Below, in pieces: positions 1-4,878 of a DNA stretch of 12,227 nt. Each line of letters opens with the position of its first letter. Positions within the stretch are counted from its first letter, which is position 1. Below the pieces are notes generated by a model that worked only from the letters and a program-made list of their open reading frames with translations, did not search any database and had not been told where the DNA came from. Source of the stretch: Bacteriovoracaceae bacterium (lineage in GTDB: Bacteria > Bdellovibrionota > Bacteriovoracia > Bacteriovoracales > Bacteriovoracaceae); the NCBI GenBank assembly GCA_041586955.1, contig JBFGZE010000091.1, positions 1 through 12,227 on the forward strand, read 5' to 3'. The translations under genes and the position numbers were made by a program.

Positions 1-2
1 AA

Positions 3-755
3 AAACAAATTCGAACCAAACGGAATATCTTTGTCGTGTCGAAATTAATTTATGCTGGCAGTCTCGAGAACTTTATTTTTAATAAAGAAGGTAAAGTTCG
101 CTATATTACCGAGGCCAGTAATTTGGTCAACGTTGAGAAAATTGTCGACCTCTACCCCCAGGAGAAGTTTAATTTAACAAACAAAAAAACGACTTTTAAT
201 CAACGTGATACCAAGTTTGAATTATCTCAATACGTCATGGCCAATTGGGAAAATGTCAATTGGTCCTTTCTATCCGAATATTACAATGGAGTTGGCAATG
301 ATGCGAATTCTTATAGTTTTCATTTTCAAAATATTATTAATACTGACGCCGCTCTTCAATTTGGCCTTAGTACAAGTATGGAATTCGGTAATTACCTCAT
401 TGAAGATGAAGTACCGGCAAGTTGGCGCAATTTCCACTTAGGCCCGATGCTTAATTTTTCTTTTGGCAGAAGTCATTATGGCAAAAACACATTACAAATT
501 GGCTATACTCGTTCCCTTATTCACCAGTCAACACAGGGGGAATTTGAAGATAAACTAAAGGGCAGCAATCTCTTTTTCAATATAATACGCGAGCAAAATA
601 CTCATTGGGGCCCTTTATTAATGGGTGGTGGATATAAACTCATTAAAAATTATGTCAAGGCCACCAATCGGCCCAATAGGAGCGAATTATCGCACCAAGG
701 GTCAGGCATTAGTTTTTATGTCACATTCGGTTACCGTTTCGATTGGATTTTATGA
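3..755 (+). CDS. Hypothetical protein, probable outer-membrane beta-barrel (5' truncated by the window edge)
   Basis: The frame is open from base 3 (KQIRTKRNIFVV...) to TGA 753-755, so the GTG at 36 is probably not the true start. The C-terminal half has alternating-hydrophobic, aromatic/Gly-rich strands (LQFGLSTSMEFG, FHLGPMLNFSF, TLQIGYTRS, LFFNIIRE, LLMGGGYK) and ends GISFYVTFGYRF-DWIL, resembling a beta-signal strand. Confidence 0.7.
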   Translation, partial: KQIRTKRNIFVVSKLIYAGSLENFIFNKEGKVRYITEASNLVNVEKIVDLYPQEKFNLTNKKTTFNQRDTKFELSQYVMANWENVNWSFLSEYYNGVGNDANSYSFHFQNIINTDAALQFGLSTSMEFGNYLIEDEVPASWRNFHLGPMLNFSFGRSHYGKNTLQIGYTRSLIHQSTQGEFEDKLKGSNLFFNIIREQNTHWGPLLMGGGYKLIKNYVKATNRPNRSELSHQGSGISFYVTFGYRFDWIL

Positions 756-1774
756 AAAAATTAAGTGGACTTCTTTTTTACCTCATTTCCCTAACTTTGA
801 CTGCTGGCCAGGCGGTGGTGATCGTATGGGAAGCTCCGCTTTTTTATAGGCCGTCAATGAATTCAAAAATATTGCAAACTTTTCGCAAGGGTGAAAAAAT
901 ATTTATCCACGATCGCTATTTTGCAAAATCCCCGTTTGAGACAAACTACGATATTAAACCTCAATATAATCCTTTCGATGAGGATGAATTCCTCGAAACT
1001 CTGGACCGCAATGGCAATACCGCTTGGATTCCGAAAAAGTTTGTTAAACTAATAACGATGGATACGCGCGAATTCAATACTCCTATCTCTTTCAGCGGTA
1101 TTGATCCCACAGACTACCGTTTAGAGGAACCTCTCCCCGATGATTTTCCCTTTATCGCCGCGAAAAAGTTACGGGCCGGTGCTTTTCTCAGCATGGGGCA
1201 TTCTCTCGATCAAAGCTACCCCTATAAAAGTCGGATCACACAACGAAGCCCAGAAAGCAGAAAGGGGCTGGGTTTTTATTATGGAAAGAAAATGGAATTT
1301 GACCTCACCGACCGCTTTTATTTTGGTGGCCTTTTCCGTATGGACTTTGCCAATAATAAATTATTTCTTGAAAATGATGGTGATGCCCTTGAGAAACAAT
1401 TACACTTGGCGATCGGGCCTTTTATTTCCTATGATTTTTACCGCTCAGAAAATTGGAAGTGGAGCCAAGTCGGTGCTGCCCAGATACAATTTTCTCGCTA
1501 CGATATTCATTACCATGGACAATTTGAATCAGACCGCCGCGTTTTCTCCACCGTCCAAATCCTTCCCTTGGCCAGCACCCAAATTTATTATTTAGACGTC
1601 TTCCCAAAAGTTGACCTTCTTTTTGGAATGAATATTCTTCTCAATCTCTCCCATTCAGTTGAGGCCAATAATAAAAGTGATGTGAGCTTATGGAATGATG
1701 GTGCGGAAGATTCAATTCACGTAGAAAGTGGCGCCCAATTTTCTTATTTTCTGGGACTCCAGGCCCGTTATTAA
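752..1774 (+). CDS. Exported protein: signal peptide + SH3b-like domain + probable outer-membrane beta-barrel
   Basis: ATG at 752 overlaps the upstream stop (ATGA) and gives a typical signal peptide, MKKLSGLLFYLISLTLTA, so it is preferred over TTG 743. APLFYRPSMNSKILQTFRKGEKIFI...LDRNGNTAWIPKKFV fits the bacterial SH3 pattern. The C-terminal amphipathic strands end in FSYFLGLQARY with a terminal aromatic residue. Confidence 0.75.
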   Translation: MKKLSGLLFYLISLTLTAGQAVVIVWEAPLFYRPSMNSKILQTFRKGEKIFIHDRYFAKSPFETNYDIKPQYNPFDEDEFLETLDRNGNTAWIPKKFVKLITMDTREFNTPISFSGIDPTDYRLEEPLPDDFPFIAAKKLRAGAFLSMGHSLDQSYPYKSRITQRSPESRKGLGFYYGKKMEFDLTDRFYFGGLFRMDFANNKLFLENDGDALEKQLHLAIGPFISYDFYRSENWKWSQVGAAQIQFSRYDIHYHGQFESDRRVFSTVQILPLASTQIYYLDVFPKVDLLFGMNILLNLSHSVEANNKSDVSLWNDGAEDSIHVESGAQFSYFLGLQARY

Positions 1775-1860
1775 TCCCGACCCTTTCGCTTTTCTACTCA
1801 TTATTTTTTATTAAATAACGAAATACAATAAAAACAACCTATTACACCCTTAAAAAAGTC

Positions 1861-1887
1861 TCAAGTTGTCCTTTAGAATGCCGAAAA
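1861..1887 (+). promoter_or_regulatory. Sigma28 (FliA/SigD-type) promoter
   Basis: TCAA(G) at 1861-1865, exactly 15 nt from TCAA to GCCGAAAA at 1880-1887. Consensus is TAAA/TCAA-N15-GCCGATAA (7/8 at -10). It is intergenic and 52 nt upstream of the ATG at 1940. Confidence 0.75.
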
Positions 1888-1898
1888 ACTAAATACAA

Positions 1899-1940
1899 GG
1901 TCGAGGAATGACCAAAATCTTTGAATCCAGGAGGGATCAA
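1899..1940 (+). promoter_or_regulatory. 5' leader with two GGA-loop hairpins (candidate CsrA/RsmA sites); the second loop is the Shine-Dalgarno
   Basis: GGTC-GAGGAAT-GACC at 1899-1913. TTG(A)ATCC-AGGAG-GGATCAA at 1921-1940, whose last base is the A of the start codon. Confidence 0.55.
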
Positions 1941-2155
1941 TGTTTCACACAAATATAGAAGGCCAAAAAGAAGTACTTTTCCAGAAGCTTGGTAACGTTT
2001 GGTATGTTTTCACGGAAGTAGAAAATGATGTTATCTACTCCACCCTACCGCTTGGCATGGATCCTAGAAATACAAAATTAGAATTATATGAAGTGATTGA
2101 AGAACACTTAAAAAAAGTTGCAAGGCACCATCGATGCGCTCCCCAAGCTGCTTAA
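1940..2155 (+). CDS. Small hypothetical protein (71 aa)
   Basis: Strong SD AGGAGG at 1929-1934 before the ATG, directly downstream of a sigma28-like promoter. Protein-like pattern of beta-strands then a helix (EVLFQKLGNVWYVFTEV...LELYEVIEEHLKK). No family recognised. Confidence 0.8.
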   Translation: MFHTNIEGQKEVLFQKLGNVWYVFTEVENDVIYSTLPLGMDPRNTKLELYEVIEEHLKKVARHHRCAPQAA

Positions 2156-2182
2156 TTTAGTGAATCAACAAAGGTTATTTTA

Positions 2183-2368
2183 ATGGGTGCTCCCAAGTAT
2201 AAACATTTATATGGGAAGAAGCGCAAAGATGAATCTCGCCCTTCTTCCTCTTCTCCTCAAGATAAGCGAGACATTCAAGGTCTCGTTGAGAAAATCAAAG
2301 GTCTTCTCAATAATCCGGAGAAGGCCAAAAAGGCCGCGCAAATATTAGAAAATATGCTTAAAAAATAA
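2183..2368 (+). CDS. Small basic hypothetical protein (61 aa)
   Basis: AAAGG upstream of the ATG, 27 nt after the previous stop, filling the gap in the same orientation. Basic/Ser-rich N-terminus followed by amphipathic helices (LVEKIKGLLNNPEKAKKAAQILENML). Confidence 0.7.
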   Translation: MGAPKYKHLYGKKRKDESRPSSSSPQDKRDIQGLVEKIKGLLNNPEKAKKAAQILENMLKK

Positions 2369-2398
2369 GCTCTGCATTATACGTTGGGCTATTTTTTT
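2368..2398 (+). terminator. Possible weak intrinsic terminator closing the two-small-gene unit
   Basis: AGCTC (2368-2372) can pair with GGGCT (2386-2390) with one G-U pair, followed by ATTTTTTT. The stem is imperfect. Confidence 0.3.
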
Positions 2399-2456
2399 CG
2401 TCCCTTTAGAACTATGATAGGCGTAATATCATTTAAATCTATTGCAGGACGATTTT

Positions 2457-3554
2457 ATGCAGATACCTTTTTATAATTTTCATGATCTACACCATCAAAG
2501 TTTTCAACAAGAAATCAATCACCGAATTGCCGATATCATTAAGAAAGGGGCCTTTATTGACGGTGAATATAATTTTCAATTTGAAAAAGAATTCGCTGAG
2601 CTTCAAGGGGCCAAGCATTGTCTATTAGTCGCCAATGGCACAGATGCATTAGAAATTTCCCTGCTCGCTTATGGTATTAGGCCCGGTGACAATGTTGGTG
2701 TTCCCGGCATTACTTTTTATGCGACGGCGGAAGCCGTTCTCAATATCGGCGCCAATCCCATTATGGTTGATGTCACCCCCGAGGACGGACTGATTTGTCC
2801 CGAAAGTTTTAAGAGAATGGCCTTGGCCCATAATCTCAAGGCCGTCATGCCGGTCCATATTTATGGACTACCTGCCCCGGTCGATCAAATTGAAGAATTC
2901 TGCCTGCAACATGATATAAAAATCATTGAAGACGCCGCTCAAGCACAGGGAACCTTGTTAAATGGTGAACCAATCGGCAGCCGCAATAATTTAGTCACTT
3001 TCTCCTTTTACCCCACCAAAAACCTGAGCGCCTTTGGTGATGCTGGCTGTATTCTTACTCAAGATGATGAATTGGCAGAAAAAATAAAGGTTATTCGCAA
3101 TCATGGGCGTGGCGATGACAATGTCCTTGGACGAAATTCTCGATGTGACCATATACAAGCAGCGGTTCTCCAATTGAAATTAAAGGAAATCGAAGGTCTC
3201 AATCAGGCACGTAAAAAAGTCGCTCAAAAATACCACGAAGCTTTGGGCCATACTCCACTTCAATTATTAGACCAAAAATTTATCACTTCCTCTTCTTGGC
3301 ATCTCTATCCTGCCCAATGTGAAAATGAGGATATCAGGCAACAATTACAAGATCATCTTCAAAACGCAGGTATTGCCAGTACCAATTTTTATGCCACTCC
3401 CCTTACTTACGAAGGTCCTTTGCGCTCCTGCCCTGGAGAAGAAGAAGGAACGAAGAAGAGGGCCGGCAAAACCATTTGCTTACCGATCCATCCCTTTTTA
3501 AAAGATGATGAAATTCAATATATCGCTCAAAAAATCAACGAGTTTTTTGCTTAA
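2457..3554 (+). CDS. DegT/DnrJ/EryC1/StrS family PLP-dependent aminotransferase (nucleotide-sugar aminotransferase)
   Basis: Motifs ANGTDALEISL, VMPVHIYG, IIEDAAQA, FSFYPTKNLSAFGDAG (PLP lysine), RNHG, NSRxD and LPIHP. ATG 2457 (MQIPF) has CAGGA upstream and is preferred over TTG 2442. Confidence 0.95.
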   Translation: MQIPFYNFHDLHHQSFQQEINHRIADIIKKGAFIDGEYNFQFEKEFAELQGAKHCLLVANGTDALEISLLAYGIRPGDNVGVPGITFYATAEAVLNIGANPIMVDVTPEDGLICPESFKRMALAHNLKAVMPVHIYGLPAPVDQIEEFCLQHDIKIIEDAAQAQGTLLNGEPIGSRNNLVTFSFYPTKNLSAFGDAGCILTQDDELAEKIKVIRNHGRGDDNVLGRNSRCDHIQAAVLQLKLKEIEGLNQARKKVAQKYHEALGHTPLQLLDQKFITSSSWHLYPAQCENEDIRQQLQDHLQNAGIASTNFYATPLTYEGPLRSCPGEEEGTKKRAGKTICLPIHPFLKDDEIQYIAQKINEFFA

Positions 3555-3572
3555 AGACTGAAGGAAGCCCCC

Positions 3573-4043
3573 ATGAAAAAGAAAATCATTCTTGGATTTA
3601 TTCTGGTATTAGCTCTTGGCGGTCTGGGCACCTACGCTCTAATCAATTACGGTTATTCCAAAGGAGCGCGATCCGGAAAGCTGGTTAAGCTTTCCAAGAA
3701 AGGGTTTATTTTTAAAACTTATGAGGGAACCCTTGATCTTGGAAGCGGGGATCAGCTGACTTGGGACTTTTCCATACATGAAGCAGATGTGGGAGAGGAA
3801 CTCCTTAATAAAATGGGTAAGACCGTTAAACTGGAATACCGCGAGCTTTTATTTAAATTATTTTTCCACACCAAATATGATGTCATCAATTGGCAAATTG
3901 TCCGTGATCAAGAAGCGGAGGAGCTTTTATGCCGTCTGGTGCATCAAATTCGCCAATTTCCCAAAATGGTGGAAGCGCTCAGGCCAAGGATTCTCAGTGA
4001 TGACCCAAGCCTTTTGTCAGAAATCCGAAAATGCCAAAAGTAA
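3573..4043 (+). CDS. Membrane-anchored conserved hypothetical protein (YSxGxRSGxLxKxSxKGxxFKTYEG type)
   Basis: SD AAGGAAG upstream. N-terminal MKKK plus a hydrophobic helix, then YSKGARSGKLVKLSKKGFIFKTYEG...WDFS...GKTVKLEYRE, a pattern I recall from an uncharacterised family. Confidence 0.8.
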   Translation: MKKKIILGFILVLALGGLGTYALINYGYSKGARSGKLVKLSKKGFIFKTYEGTLDLGSGDQLTWDFSIHEADVGEELLNKMGKTVKLEYRELLFKLFFHTKYDVINWQIVRDQEAEELLCRLVHQIRQFPKMVEALRPRILSDDPSLLSEIRKCQK

Positions 4044-4072
4044 CCTACAACACGGGGCAGCGCTGAGTTTTC

Positions 4073-4102
4073 AATTAGTTAAGAAATTAACTAATTTAGT
4101 TA
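4073..4102. repeat. Perfect 10-bp inverted repeat with an overlapping second palindrome (three TTAGTTA boxes)
   Basis: AATTAGTTAA-GAAA-TTAACTAATT at 4073-4096, and TAACTAA-T-TTAGTTA at 4088-4102. Confidence 0.8.
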
Positions 4103-4126
4103 GACCCTAAATGTCTTACAAATCCC

Positions 4127-4132
4127 TATAAT
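4127..4132 (+). promoter_or_regulatory. Candidate sigma70 -10 box for trmB-dnaG-rpoD
   Basis: Perfect TATAAT 51 nt upstream of the trmB ATG. There is no well-spaced -35; TAGACC at 4101-4106 is 20 nt away. Confidence 0.4.
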
Positions 4133-4183
4133 GTAACGCTTTGGCAATTGCGGCATTGACGCTTTTTTGATAGCAAATGCCCT

Positions 4184-4873
4184 ATGGATAAATCATATAA
4201 ACAAGAATTTGAATATAAACACGATAACCCCTATCATGATCGCCTTGAAAAATTTGGTGAGTTTGTTTTACGGGATGATGAAGGTGAGGCCCATCGCGGT
4301 CAATGGAATCAAAATGTCTTCAAAAGAGAGGCCCCTCTCTATGTCGAAATTGGCTCTGGTTATGGCCATTTTATGATGGAGTTTTGTGAGAAAAACCCTG
4401 ACATCAACTACGTCGGATTAGATTATCGCTTTAAACGTAGCTTTCAATTGGCACAGAAATTGGCCAAGCACCCCACTAAAAACTTCCGCTATTTACGGGC
4501 CAAAGGGGAACGGTTGGCCTTCCTTTTTAATGAATCAGAAGTTGATAAGATTTTTTATTTTTTCCCAGACCCATGGCCTAAAACCCGCCACCATAAGAAA
4601 AGATTATTTCAAGGACCTTTTCTTGAGCGCGCTCATCATATCCTCAAGGCCGGTGGAGAATTGATCGTTAAAACAGATCATGATGGTTATGCCGAGTGGA
4701 TGGTGGAGGAAATGGATAAATGCCCTCTCTTTACTGTAGAGCTTAAAACATTTGATCTTTGGAACGAAGTGTCAGAGCATATTTTAGTGCAATACCAAAC
4801 TAAATTTGAGAAGATCTTCCTTCAAAAGAATGTGCCCATCAAGGCCTTTGTTCTTAAATCAAATAAGAGGTAA
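4184..4873 (+). CDS. trmB: tRNA (guanine(46)-N7)-methyltransferase
   Basis: SAM motif VEIGSGYG, signature FPDPWPKTRHHKKRL, KTDH and TKFE; 229 aa. Confidence 0.96.
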   Translation: MDKSYKQEFEYKHDNPYHDRLEKFGEFVLRDDEGEAHRGQWNQNVFKREAPLYVEIGSGYGHFMMEFCEKNPDINYVGLDYRFKRSFQLAQKLAKHPTKNFRYLRAKGERLAFLFNESEVDKIFYFFPDPWPKTRHHKKRLFQGPFLERAHHILKAGGELIVKTDHDGYAEWMVEEMDKCPLFTVELKTFDLWNEVSEHILVQYQTKFEKIFLQKNVPIKAFVLKSNKR

Positions 4874-4878
4874 CCTCA

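Noticed and set aside
205..1607. Alternative-frame and antisense ORFs 205-441, 625-849, 1140-1595 and 1422-1607
   Set aside because: They lie within the two longer barrel-like genes and show no recognisable motifs; typical shadow ORFs.
1775..1860. AT-rich stretch with TTTTTATT...AATAAAAA as a terminator or sRNA
   Set aside because: There is no GC stem and the complementarity is low-complexity. It is more simply an AT-rich upstream region of the sigma28 promoter.
4156..4161. TTGACG as a sigma70 -35 for trmB
   Set aside because: No -10-like hexamer 16-18 nt downstream, and the implied TSS would fall inside the CDS.
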